Notes under the pieces: generated by a model
What the model was told of the DNA's origin: nothing
Database searches by the model: none
The model's input: the letters and a program-made list of their open reading frames with translations, nothing else
Program-made: the position numbers and the translations under genes
Shown: in pieces, positions 25,395 through 34,767 of the stretch
Layout: the number at the start of each line of letters is the position of its first letter
Position numbering within the stretch: position 1 is the stretch's first letter
Assembly (NCBI GenBank): GCA_964633225.1
Contig: CAZWFQ010000004.1
Location: 13,512-77,511 of the forward strand
Length of the DNA stretch: 64,000 nt
Origin: an uncultured Anaerolineaceae bacterium
GTDB taxonomy: Bacteria; Chloroflexota; Anaerolineae; Anaerolineales; UBA4823
Direction: 5' to 3'

Positions 25395-27704
25395 TTAATG
25401 ATCCGATCCCGCCCGCATGCCGTTGAGCGTCACCAACAGCGAGGCCCCCATATCGGCAAAGACCGCCATCCACAGCGTGGCCCAGCCAGGTAAAGTCAGC
25501 AGCAAGAAAACAGCCTTGAGCGCCAGGCTGACAATGATATTCTGAATGATAATGCTGCGGGTGCGGCGGCTGGTTTTTACCAACGCCGGCAGCGAGGCCA
25601 GGTCATCTTGCATCAACACCACATCCGCCGTCTCCATGGCCTGGGCCGAGCCAGCCCCGCCCATCGCAATCCCCACGCTGGCTGCCGCCAGGGCCGGGGC
25701 ATCGTTAACCCCATCCCCCACCATCGCCACCAACGCACCCTGAGATTGCAGTGCCCGGATGGCATCCAGTTTTTCCTCGGGCAGCAGCGAGGCGCGCACC
25801 TCATCCACCCCGCCCAAATTGGCCGCAATCCGCTCTGCCACAGCCGGGTTGTCACCGGTCAGCATCACCGTACGCATACCCGGGTCAACAGCTTTCAACG
25901 CCCGCAGTGCCTCTGCGCTGTTGGGGCGTTCACTGTCGGCCACGCTGACAAAACCCATCACCTGCCCCGCGCGGCCCACCAGCATCACCGTGCGGCCGTT
26001 CCGCTCGGCTTCTTGTACCTGCTCATGCAAGCCGTCGCAGCCAGGATAGCGATCGTGGATCATGGCATGGCTGCCTACCAGGATTTCCTCACCGTTGGCC
26101 AGCCCCTGCACCCCCTGCCCGGTCAACGCCTGGACCGTCTCTGCCGAAGGATAGACATGCTCCAGGCTGCGGACCTGCGATTCATTTACAATGGCCTGCG
26201 CCAGCGGATGGGCTGAACGGCGTTCGACCGCCGCCGCCACAGCCAGCATATCATCACAGGCCTCGCAGCGTTCTGCGCCTGGCGGGCAAGCAAGCGTAAA
26301 GGTTTCCATCACCACCGGTTTGCCATGCGTCAGCGTGCCGGTCTTATCAAAGGCAAATACCCGCACGCGCGCCAACAGATCCAGGAAGGCCCCCCCTTTC
26401 ACCAAAATACCGCGCCGGGCCAGGCCGGTCAGGGCGCTCGCAATGCTCACCGGCGTGCTGATCACCAACGCACAGGGGCAAGCCACGATCAACAGCGCCA
26501 GGGCGCGGTAAAGCCAGCCGCGCGTGCCATCTGGCTGGTCAAAGAAAGGCTCGCCGAACAACGGCGGGATGATTGCCAGGCTGGCCGCCAGCAATACCAC
26601 CGCCGGCGTATACCAGGCTGCAAATCGATCGATGAACCGCTCCACCGGTGCGCGCTGGGCCTGGGCTTGCTGCACCAGGCGGACGATCCGGCTGATGGTC
26701 GAATCTTCGGCTGGACGCAGGGCCTCGATTTCGAGCGCAGCTTCACCGTTCAGCGAGCCGGCGTACACCGCATCGCCGGGGGCCTTGTCCACCGGGGTCG
26801 ATTCGCCCGTCACAGGAGCCTGGTTGACAGAAGAGCTTCCACTGCGTACTACCCCATCCACCGGAACGCGCTCGCCGGGCTGCACGATCACCCGCTCACC
26901 CACCTGCACCTGGCTGGCGGGAATAGCCGTCTCATGCGCGCCGCAAAACGGGCAAGGCCCGCCGGCATATCCATCCTGCCCAAGGTGCTCGGCGCAGTCC
27001 ATGCAGGGGCGCAGTACACGGGCCTGATCTGGTGTCAGTGCCAGCAGGCTGCGCAAGCTGCGGCGAGAACGTTCGGCAGTGAAGCCTTCCAGCGCTTCGC
27101 CAATTGTGAACAGCAAGATCACCGTCGCCGCCTCACCGGTTTCGCCAATCACCAGGGCCCCCAGGGCAGCAATGGTCATCAACAGGTCGATCGTCACCTG
27201 GTGGCCTACCAGCAGGGCGCGCAGCCCCTTGTTGGCAATGGGGTAGCCTGCCACCACGCTGACGCTGATCTGCACCGCCAGGCGCAGCCAGCCTGCCCAG
27301 GGAGCTTCCAACAGGCCCAAAAGCGCCGCCGCCAAAAGCAAGATCCCGCCCACCAGGGCCAGGCTGGTGCTGCGCTCAGACAGCAAGAACTGTAAAAAAC
27401 TGATTACCGCTGGCTGCGTCTCTGCATCGGCACGATGCGGCAAGGCAGCCTGTGCCTGAGGCAAACTGGCGTGGTAACCCAACGCCTCCACACGCGCCAC
27501 CAATGCTTGCGGATCAAAGGTACCGCTGGCTGTCAGAACCGCCGCCGTGAAGTTGACCTGCACCCGCTCCACACCTTGAAGTTGAGTCAGGCTGCGTTCT
27601 AGCGTCAGGGCGCAGTTGGCACAATCCATGCCTTGGATGGCATATTCAACTTCGCGAGAAGGGTAAGTATGAGACAAAGACTTACCCTTTCCACTCATCG
27701 TCAA
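25395..27704 (-). CDS. heavy-metal translocating P1B-type ATPase
   Basis: N-terminal HMA 'GMDCANCA', TM 'CPC' ('IVACPCALVIST'), 'DKTGTLT', 'SAHPLA', 'GDGVNDAPAL'. An extra Cys4 insert 'CMDCAEH...CPFCGAHE' lies in the actuator region. Confidence 0.95.
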   Translation of the reverse strand: MTMSGKGKSLSHTYPSREVEYAIQGMDCANCALTLERSLTQLQGVERVQVNFTAAVLTASGTFDPQALVARVEALGYHASLPQAQAALPHRADAETQPAVISFLQFLLSERSTSLALVGGILLLAAALLGLLEAPWAGWLRLAVQISVSVVAGYPIANKGLRALLVGHQVTIDLLMTIAALGALVIGETGEAATVILLFTIGEALEGFTAERSRRSLRSLLALTPDQARVLRPCMDCAEHLGQDGYAGGPCPFCGAHETAIPASQVQVGERVIVQPGERVPVDGVVRSGSSSVNQAPVTGESTPVDKAPGDAVYAGSLNGEAALEIEALRPAEDSTISRIVRLVQQAQAQRAPVERFIDRFAAWYTPAVVLLAASLAIIPPLFGEPFFDQPDGTRGWLYRALALLIVACPCALVISTPVSIASALTGLARRGILVKGGAFLDLLARVRVFAFDKTGTLTHGKPVVMETFTLACPPGAERCEACDDMLAVAAAVERRSAHPLAQAIVNESQVRSLEHVYPSAETVQALTGQGVQGLANGEEILVGSHAMIHDRYPGCDGLHEQVQEAERNGRTVMLVGRAGQVMGFVSVADSERPNSAEALRALKAVDPGMRTVMLTGDNPAVAERIAANLGGVDEVRASLLPEEKLDAIRALQSQGALVAMVGDGVNDAPALAAASVGIAMGGAGSAQAMETADVVLMQDDLASLPALVKTSRRTRSIIIQNIIVSLALKAVFLLLTLPGWATLWMAVFADMGASLLVTLNGMRAGSDH

Positions 27705-28290
27705 GATCCACCTGCACAGAGCCGGTTTTCCAGTCTGCCATGATCAACAAGATCGCCCGCACCAGGCGTGCGTCATCGGCAGCGCGCCGTCCAAAAGGGG
27801 CCTCGGCATCCAATCCCAAATGCAGGGCAGCTTCTAGCAGCGCATAAGTGCGGTAACCGCCCGTGCGGCTGTCGCGTTGGCTGTGATAGATAGCAAACAA
27901 GTCTTGAATGCAGAAGAACTGCCCCTCATCCAGGTCGTGCCGCAGGTAATTGCGCTTAAGCGACAAGGTCAAAGCAGACAGGTGCTTATCCTGCCCATAC
28001 ACCCCCACCCGCCGCCCTTTCAGGATCGGCCTGACCTTGGGCCACACCTCACCCCAACCGGGCGCAGCGCTGACGCGTTCAGCCGTGATGCCGTGCAGGG
28101 CTGCAGCCTGGTCTGTGATGGGGCCGTGCGGCTTCACCAGCTCGTCTAGCAGCACGCGCTCATCCGTATCCAAGATGGCAATCTCCACAACCTCGCCTTC
28201 AGCATCCAGGCTGCTGAACTGGCAAGCCAGGTAAAGCGGCTGCTCAAGCAGGATTTGCTGGCAGCGCAGCATGATATCGAGGGTAGCCAT
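27682..28290 (-). CDS. DEDDh 3'-5' exonuclease-fold paralog with degenerate catalytic residues
   Basis: Aligns end to end with the upstream exonuclease. ExoI is 'YLACQFSS' versus 'YLDTETTG', ExoII is 'VYGQDKHL' versus 'VYNVDFDL', and ExoIII is 'RRAADDA' versus 'HRAIDDA'. Confidence 0.7.
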   Translation of the reverse strand: MATLDIMLRCQQILLEQPLYLACQFSSLDAEGEVVEIAILDTDERVLLDELVKPHGPITDQAAALHGITAERVSAAPGWGEVWPKVRPILKGRRVGVYGQDKHLSALTLSLKRNYLRHDLDEGQFFCIQDLFAIYHSQRDSRTGGYRTYALLEAALHLGLDAEAPFGRRAADDARLVRAILLIMADWKTGSVQVDLDDEWKG

Positions 28291-28297
28291 AAGAAGG

Positions 28298-28328
28298 ACA
28301 GTGAGTAGTGAATAGTGGGTAGTGAGTG
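28298..28328. repeat. four tandem heptamers (TAGTGAN-like) in the inter-exonuclease spacer
   Basis: Plus strand: CAGTGAG TAGTGAA TAGTGGG TAGTGAG. They occupy the 41-bp gap between the two exonuclease genes, and no SD is visible for the downstream gene. Confidence 0.6.
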
Positions 28329-28331
28329 AGG

Positions 28332-28907
28332 TCAGAAGGGCAGGCCAGCCATGTGGTGCAGCAGGGCGCGGGTCAAGAGGGCATCATCAATGGCCCGGTG
28401 CGCATTGGGCAGGGTGATGTTGCACTGCTTGCCGGCTGTATCGAGCGAGATCCAGCGGTAAGAACTGCGCTTGCTGTCCCATTCGCCATAGAAGCGGGCA
28501 TACAACTTCATGATACAGAAAAAGGCCCCATCTTCCAAGTCCCAGCGCAGCCACGACCGAGTATGCGACTGTTTCATCAGGCGCAGGTCAAAATCAACGT
28601 TATATACACCCACCCGGCGCCCAGCCAGCACGGCCCGCACCTGCGGCCAGATATCCAGCCAACCAGGGGCAGCCGCCACTTCCTCTGCCGTGATGCCATG
28701 CACCCGGGCTGCATCTGGCTCGATGCGCCCGCGCGGCTTGACCAGCGATTCAAACAACGGCTTGCCGTCCGCATCGATCACGCCAATCTCGATGATCTCA
28801 GCATTTGGGCCGGTGCCAGTGGTTTCAGTATCCAGGTAGACCGGGGCTGCCTCCAGCAAACGGCGAGCTTCAGCCACAGCCTCTTGACGAGCCGGGGAAA
28901 GGTTCAA
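28332..28907 (-). CDS. DEDDh 3'-5' exonuclease (DnaQ/epsilon-like), motifs intact
   Basis: ExoI 'VYLDTETTG', ExoII 'VYNVDFDLRLM', ExoIII 'HRAIDDAL'. Confidence 0.85.
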   Translation of the reverse strand: MNLSPARQEAVAEARRLLEAAPVYLDTETTGTGPNAEIIEIGVIDADGKPLFESLVKPRGRIEPDAARVHGITAEEVAAAPGWLDIWPQVRAVLAGRRVGVYNVDFDLRLMKQSHTRSWLRWDLEDGAFFCIMKLYARFYGEWDSKRSSYRWISLDTAGKQCNITLPNAHRAIDDALLTRALLHHMAGLPF

Positions 28908-28929
28908 AATTCACTCCTTTGCAATAAAA

Positions 28930-29604
28930 TCAAGCTGCATCTTCAGCCAACAGGGCTTTCAGGCGCGGGTGATCCGCATACGCGCCGTGGCGTTCGGGGG
29001 GTAGCAGGGCCGCAATGCGGCACATCACTTCATCCGTATATTGCTTGAGCTGTGCATCGCGGTCCCCCGGCCCCAGCGGCGGCAGCGTGAATGGCTTGCC
29101 CACGGTGAGGGTGATATCCAGGCGCTTGAAGTGCTTAAAACGATCTTTCACCACGGCATCTTCACTCCCCGTCACTGCCACCGGCACCACCGGCAGGCCC
29201 GCTTTGGCTGCCATGTAACTGGCGCCATCCCGCCCTTCCAACAGAGCGCCGCTCTTACTGCGCGTGCCTTCAGGAGCCACCACCAACATACCGCCCTTTT
29301 TCAAGCGACGGAACACCTCGCGCATGGCGTTCAGGTCGGCATTGAAGCGATCTACCCAGATGGCATCAAAAGCCTTCACCAGCCAGCGTACCCAGCCAGT
29401 TTCTTTGTACTTATCAGCCACCAACATAATGATATCGCGCCGGTCGAACAGGTAATACACAAGCCCTGCATCAATGCGCCCAATATGGTTCGACACAGCC
29501 ACAAAACTGGATGCATCTGGCACATACTCTCGCCCAACGATCTTCACCCGGGCCAACAGCTTGAACAACAGGCGGATCAAGAAACGTGTAAAATGATACA
29601 TCAT
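28930..29604 (-). CDS. 1-acyl-sn-glycerol-3-phosphate acyltransferase family protein
   Basis: HX4D 'NHIGRID' and 'VVAPEGTRS' motifs. Confidence 0.9.
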   Translation of the reverse strand: MMYHFTRFLIRLLFKLLARVKIVGREYVPDASSFVAVSNHIGRIDAGLVYYLFDRRDIIMLVADKYKETGWVRWLVKAFDAIWVDRFNADLNAMREVFRRLKKGGMLVVAPEGTRSKSGALLEGRDGASYMAAKAGLPVVPVAVTGSEDAVVKDRFKHFKRLDITLTVGKPFTLPPLGPGDRDAQLKQYTDEVMCRIAALLPPERHGAYADHPRLKALLAEDAA

Positions 29605-29625
29605 AGGGTGCCTCTCTCTACAATT

Positions 29626-31056
29626 TTATCGTGTTATTACCGGCAAAAACAGGCTGTAATCCAATGACAAAGGCTGTACATCAATTGCCAGCTCTAATAT
29701 ATCAGAATCCTTATAAAATCCCAACACAGTCACTGCCAGGCGGCTGGCGCGGCCATCCCACAACCGGGCGCTGGGGGTAGAAACATCATCCCAGGTCCGG
29801 CCGGCTGTCCAGGTATCATCGCACTCACCCAGGTTAGAGCTTGTCAGCATATCATAATTGCCATCGGCTTCCACCAGTACCACACCAGGGTGCGCCGGGC
29901 AGTCAACACCAGCCGCACAGCCCTGGGCATTAACCTGGTTCACCGTCGCATACTGGCTGACAATGCTTCGATCCACATGCCAGATCAACAAACCCGGGCA
30001 AAGCCCGGCCTGTTCCCACCCGGCATCAAACCCCCTTGGCTGCCGGTTTTCAAGCAAGAAGTACTCGTCACTGGTCGGATCGCCGCGCGGGTACAGGCGG
30101 ATAAAGTCGTTATATTCCTCGGCCGGATATAACCACACGGTTCTCGTCCCTTCCAGATATTCGACTGGTTCTGACCAGCCTAACCACTCTTTGGTTACCA
30201 CGCTGGGCAGGAAAGGTATAGACCCACTCCAATCGGCGCCGTACAGGCCGTAACCCATCAGGTCCATCAATCCCACCCCGGTTGTCGTCCAGGCTGTATT
30301 GTATAAATCGTACATTCCCAACCCATGCCCGTGTTCGTGGGCGCACAGCCCCACCCGGCTGATGCCCCCATCGCTGTACAGCTCAGGGCAAATCGTATAA
30401 TTATTGAAACGCTGCCCAGCGCGGCTGACATACTCGCCTCCCAGGCCTGCATCAGCCAGGCGGTAGGCCGTGGCCTCCAACGAGGTGTAAGCATTACCCG
30501 TATACATATAATTCAAACCTGCGAAAATCACCACCAGGTTCTCCACCATACCACTGTATGGGTTAGCATAAGGGCTGAAATCAAAGCCCATCCTGTCCAG
30601 TTCCAATAACGCATGATACACCACACCGCCGTTATTGCGCGGGAAGGCATCCATATCATACCCATACTGGCCGTTTGCATAATACGTGATACGGTTAGGC
30701 AAGCGGATATAAGCATCAACCATCGCATCCTTCTCACCCATAGCCCCCACAATAGCGGTTTTCTGCGCGCTATAACGAAGCTGGCCGTAAGATGCTTTCC
30801 AAAAAAAATCAACAAAACCACCCGCGTCAAAAAAGTACGCCTCCCAATCCCTTCCATCAAACCTGCCTGGCAGGTAGAGAAAATCGACCAACAGCACCAG
30901 CAAAGGCTGGTCGCCAAGCCTGGGGATTGGATTAGAAATAGAACCAGGATCTGGTGGGAGTTGTGATGATGTTAGCCCCCTCCCACTTCCCTCAGCCGAT
31001 CCCGGCACTACCATCGACAGCAGCAGGAGAAAAACCAGCATACGCGTGCGCATCAT
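29626..31056 (-). CDS. secreted M6-like (immune inhibitor A-type) zinc metalloprotease
   Basis: 'HEHGHGLGMYDLY' HExxH motif. Signal peptide 'MMRTRMLVFLLLLSMVVPGSA' if translation starts at 31056; the ORF extends to 31125. Confidence 0.75.
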   Translation of the reverse strand: MMRTRMLVFLLLLSMVVPGSAEGSGRGLTSSQLPPDPGSISNPIPRLGDQPLLVLLVDFLYLPGRFDGRDWEAYFFDAGGFVDFFWKASYGQLRYSAQKTAIVGAMGEKDAMVDAYIRLPNRITYYANGQYGYDMDAFPRNNGGVVYHALLELDRMGFDFSPYANPYSGMVENLVVIFAGLNYMYTGNAYTSLEATAYRLADAGLGGEYVSRAGQRFNNYTICPELYSDGGISRVGLCAHEHGHGLGMYDLYNTAWTTTGVGLMDLMGYGLYGADWSGSIPFLPSVVTKEWLGWSEPVEYLEGTRTVWLYPAEEYNDFIRLYPRGDPTSDEYFLLENRQPRGFDAGWEQAGLCPGLLIWHVDRSIVSQYATVNQVNAQGCAAGVDCPAHPGVVLVEADGNYDMLTSSNLGECDDTWTAGRTWDDVSTPSARLWDGRASRLAVTVLGFYKDSDILELAIDVQPLSLDYSLFLPVITR

Positions 31057-31225
31057 AGCGTCATATTCCAAACATCCATCTATTTTAACGTAAAATACCC
31101 AGAAACGGGCTAAATGATCGAACATGACTCAGACGATTTATAATGGAGATAGTTCCCGATGTGTTCATTTCGGACAACAGGCAGAGTATAATACACACCA
31201 TACCGAATAGATAGGAGCACACTAT

Positions 31226-32101
31226 ATGGAAAATTCCCCCATCCTGGCTGTTATCGGCGGCTCTGGTCTTTACCATATCCCCGGCCTGAGCGACGTAACC
31301 GAACACCAGCTCGACACTCCCTTTGGTAAGCCCAGCTCACCCGTAGTGGTGGGCACCCTGGAGGGGCAGCGCATTGCCTTTCTGGCCCGGCATGGGTTGG
31401 GGCATACCATCAGCCCATCCGAGATCAACTACCGTGCCAATATCTATGCCCTTAAAATGCTGGGCGTTGAGCGCCTGGTAGCTGTCAGTGCGTGCGGCTC
31501 GCTGCGCGAGGATTTTGCCCCTGGCGACATGGTCATCCCCGACCAACTGTACGACAACACCAAAGGCCGTGCCAACAGTTTCTTCAGCGGCGGCATGGTT
31601 GCCCACGCCGGCGTGGCTGACCCCTTCTGCAATCCCTTCTCAGAGCAAGTCTACCTGGCTGCCAAGGCCACCGGCGCCATGGTGCACCGGGGCGGCGCTT
31701 TCATCACCATCGAAGGGCCGCGCTTCTCAACCCGGGCCGAATCAAACGTCTTCCGCTCCTGGGGCATGTCGCTGATCGGTATGACCACCAGCCCCGAGGC
31801 TTTCTTGGCCCGCGAAGCCGAGATGTGCTACGCCGTGATGGCCCACATCACCGATTACGACGTCTGGCATCTTGAAGAAGAACCCGTCAGCGTCGAAGCC
31901 GTCATTGCCACCATGAACCAAAACACCCAGCATGCCCACCAAGCGATCATCAACCTGGTGCGCAGCTTGAGCGACCAGCAGCCCGCTCGCAATTGCGAAT
32001 GCGGCACCGCACTCAAAAATGCCATCATTACTCGCCAGGAAGTGGTTACACCTGAAGCCCGCCAGCGGTTGGACCTATTGGTGGGAAAGTATCTCAAATA
32101 A
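31226..32101 (+). CDS. mtnP: S-methyl-5'-thioadenosine phosphorylase
   Basis: 'ILAVIGGSGLY', 'FLARHG..H.I.PSEINYRANI' and 'MTTSPEAFLAREAEMCY' are typical MTAP motifs. Confidence 0.9.
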   Translation: MENSPILAVIGGSGLYHIPGLSDVTEHQLDTPFGKPSSPVVVGTLEGQRIAFLARHGLGHTISPSEINYRANIYALKMLGVERLVAVSACGSLREDFAPGDMVIPDQLYDNTKGRANSFFSGGMVAHAGVADPFCNPFSEQVYLAAKATGAMVHRGGAFITIEGPRFSTRAESNVFRSWGMSLIGMTTSPEAFLAREAEMCYAVMAHITDYDVWHLEEEPVSVEAVIATMNQNTQHAHQAIINLVRSLSDQQPARNCECGTALKNAIITRQEVVTPEARQRLDLLVGKYLK

Positions 32102-32109
32102 AATAATCT

Positions 32110-34767
32110 GTGCTGCACCCACGTTGGACCGCCGAGCAGATTGAGCGCCGGCTGCTGCTTTTAGCTGGCGCTTTTGTGTGCCTCTATGCCATCGCCCTGA
32201 CCTTGTCGCCTGCTGCCCGCCAGCGTAACTGGCTGGTGGATTATCGTTGGCTGCACTGGCTGGGCGCAGCCGCCTGGGCGGGCATGTTTACCCTGGCCTG
32301 GCGTGCCTTGGCGCGCTGGCTGCCAGGGCATGATCCCTATCTGCTGCCCGTAGCCGCCTTGCTCAGCGGCTGGGGCCTGCTCACCATCTACCGTCTTGAG
32401 CCCCAATACGGCCTGCGCCAGAGCGCCTGGCTGGCAGTGGGCTTGGGTGTTTTCATCCTGGGGCTGCGCCTGCCCAATGGGCTGGATCTGCTGCGGCGCT
32501 ACAAGTATATCTGGCTGACCAGCGGCCTTCTGCTGACCGCCGGCACCCTGGTCTTCGGCACCAACCCCCTCGGCGCAGGGCCGCGCCTGTGGTTGGGCTG
32601 CTGTGGGTTGTACTTCCAACCATCCGAACCCCTCAAGCTCTTATTGATCGTGTACCTGGCTGCTTACCTGGCAGACCGCTGGCCCGCCCAGGCAGGCGCC
32701 GCTTCGGGCCGCCCCGCCACGTCTCTTCTGCCCCTGCTGGGCCCCAGCCTGATCATGACCGGCCTGGCTTTGCTGCTGTTAATTGTCCAACGCGACCTCG
32801 GTACAGCCTCCATCTTTCTCTTCTTGTATGCCGCCATTACCTACGCCGCCACCGGCGACCGCCGCGTGGTATGGATCAGCGCGCTGGCTGTGATCCTGGC
32901 TGGGGTGGCTGGTTATGCCCTCTTCGATGTCGTGCGCCTGCGCGTCGAAGCCTGGCTCAACCCCTGGCTGGACCCCAGCGGGCGCTCTTACCAGATCGTC
33001 CAATCGCTGTTGGCCGTGGCCAATGGCGGGTTGTTGGGGCGCGGGCCAGGCCTGGGCAGCCCGGGCCTGGTGCCGGTGGCCATCTCCGATTTCATTTTTG
33101 CCGCCATCGCTGAAGAAAGCGGCCTGGTTGGCATCCTGGGCCTGCTGGCTTTGCTGGCTCTCTTGACCGGTCGCGGCCTGCGCCGGGCATTAGGTGCGCC
33201 AGATGCCTTCAGGCGCTTGCTGGCAGCCGGGCTGGCAGCTTACCTGGCAGCGCAGAGCATTTTGATCATTGGCGGCAACCTGCGGCTGCTGCCCCTCACC
33301 GGCGTAACCCTGCCCTTTGTCTCTTACGGCGGTTCTTCATTACTGAGCGCTTTTCTGGCCTTGCTGCTCTTGCTGCAAGCCGGAGCAGACGCGGATCAGC
33401 CCGCACGGCTGGCGCGGCAGCACAGCCAATCTTACCGCCAGCTAAGCGGGGGGCTGCTCTTGGGCCTGGCGGCTGCCGGCCTGGTGGCTGGCTGGTGGGG
33501 CATCTGGCGCGGCCCAGATTTGCTAGAACGCACCGACAATGCTCGCCGTGGCATTGCAGACCTGTACGTAAAGCGCGGCACGCTGCTCGACCAGCACAAC
33601 GTGCCCCTGGCAGAATCCAGCGGCATACCTGGCCAATTCACCCGCCAGTATATCTACCCAGATCTTAGCCCGGTTCTCGGCTATACGCATCCAGCCTACG
33701 GCCAATCCAGCATGGAAGCTTCTCTCGATCCCTATTTGCGCGGCTTGCAGGGTAACCCTGGCCTTGAGATCTGGTGGGAACATTTGCTCTACGGCCAACC
33801 ACCTGCCGGCCTGGACGTGCGCCTGAGCCTGGACTTGCGCCCCCAGCAGATCGCCGATGCACTCTTAGATGGGCAAGCCGGTGCTGTGGTGTTATTGAAT
33901 GCCGGCAGTGGCGAGGTTTTAACCATGGCCTCCAGCCCAACCTTTGACGCCAACCTGCTGGACACCAACTGGCAGACCCTGCTGCAAGATCCTGCTGCCC
34001 CCCTGCTCAACCGGGCGGCATTGGGCCTTTATCCCACCGGGGCGGCCCTGGGGCCCCTGCTGTTAGCCGGGCGCATTGAACAGGGCATTCTGCCCACCAG
34101 CGTCCACAGCCTCTCGGTGACCCTGGATGGGCAAACGCTGACCTGCGCCCGCACCCCCGCCAGCCACAACTGGGGCGCCCTGGTGGCTGCCGGCTGCCCG
34201 GGGACATCCGTGGCCCTGGGTGAGCTGCTCGGCTCACAGGCCCTGCTGGAATTGTATGCCCAACTTGGGCTGTACACCGCCCCCAGCCTGCGCATCGAAA
34301 CCGCCAGCTCAAACCGCCCACAAACTGTAGAAGATGCCGCCCGCTACGCCCTGGGCTTGCCCGATCCCACCACCGGGCAAAGCCTGCTCGTCAGCCCGCT
34401 GCAGATGGTGCGCGCCGCCGCTGCGCTCAGCAATGGCGGACAGCGCGTGGGCCTGCGCCTGGCCCTGGCTGTTGATACGCCGCAGGCTGGCTGGGTGCTG
34501 CTGCCGCCCCTGGAGGATCCGGCGGCTGTTTTCTTGCAATCTACCACCAATTCCACCAGCCAACTGCTGGCTGACGATGTGCTGCCCATCTGGCAGAGCC
34601 TGTCAGTCATTGCCGAAGGCCCATCTGCCTACACCTGGTACCTGGGCGGGACCCTGCCTGATTGGCCTGGCGTCTCGCTCAGCGTGGTTGTGCTGCTGGA
34701 ACAAGCCAACCCCGCCTTGGCAGAGCAGATCGGTCAAGCCGTGTTACAAGCTGCTGTGCAGCCATGA
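32110..34767 (+). CDS. SEDS (FtsW/RodA) glycosyltransferase domain fused to a PBP transpeptidase-like domain with degenerate active site
   Basis: N-terminal ~430 aa are multi-TM with 'LPFVSYGGSSLLS'. The C-terminal domain has PBP2-type 'GEVLTMASSPTFDANLL' and 'NRAALGLYPTGAALGP', where canonical PBPs read 'NRA..G.YPPGS..KP'. No KTG motif seen. GTG start; the exact start is uncertain. Confidence 0.8.
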   Translation: MLHPRWTAEQIERRLLLLAGAFVCLYAIALTLSPAARQRNWLVDYRWLHWLGAAAWAGMFTLAWRALARWLPGHDPYLLPVAALLSGWGLLTIYRLEPQYGLRQSAWLAVGLGVFILGLRLPNGLDLLRRYKYIWLTSGLLLTAGTLVFGTNPLGAGPRLWLGCCGLYFQPSEPLKLLLIVYLAAYLADRWPAQAGAASGRPATSLLPLLGPSLIMTGLALLLLIVQRDLGTASIFLFLYAAITYAATGDRRVVWISALAVILAGVAGYALFDVVRLRVEAWLNPWLDPSGRSYQIVQSLLAVANGGLLGRGPGLGSPGLVPVAISDFIFAAIAEESGLVGILGLLALLALLTGRGLRRALGAPDAFRRLLAAGLAAYLAAQSILIIGGNLRLLPLTGVTLPFVSYGGSSLLSAFLALLLLLQAGADADQPARLARQHSQSYRQLSGGLLLGLAAAGLVAGWWGIWRGPDLLERTDNARRGIADLYVKRGTLLDQHNVPLAESSGIPGQFTRQYIYPDLSPVLGYTHPAYGQSSMEASLDPYLRGLQGNPGLEIWWEHLLYGQPPAGLDVRLSLDLRPQQIADALLDGQAGAVVLLNAGSGEVLTMASSPTFDANLLDTNWQTLLQDPAAPLLNRAALGLYPTGAALGPLLLAGRIEQGILPTSVHSLSVTLDGQTLTCARTPASHNWGALVAAGCPGTSVALGELLGSQALLELYAQLGLYTAPSLRIETASSNRPQTVEDAARYALGLPDPTTGQSLLVSPLQMVRAAAALSNGGQRVGLRLALAVDTPQAGWVLLPPLEDPAAVFLQSTTNSTSQLLADDVLPIWQSLSVIAEGPSAYTWYLGGTLPDWPGVSLSVVVLLEQANPALAEQIGQAVLQAAVQP

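Noticed and set aside
26325-27395. 356-aa ORF on the plus strand
   Set aside because: It is antisense to the P-type ATPase gene and is a low-complexity Arg/Gln/Ala-rich shadow ORF. The same reasoning applies to 57680..58555 and 55684..56448 opposite ftsK and the EamA/NUDIX genes.
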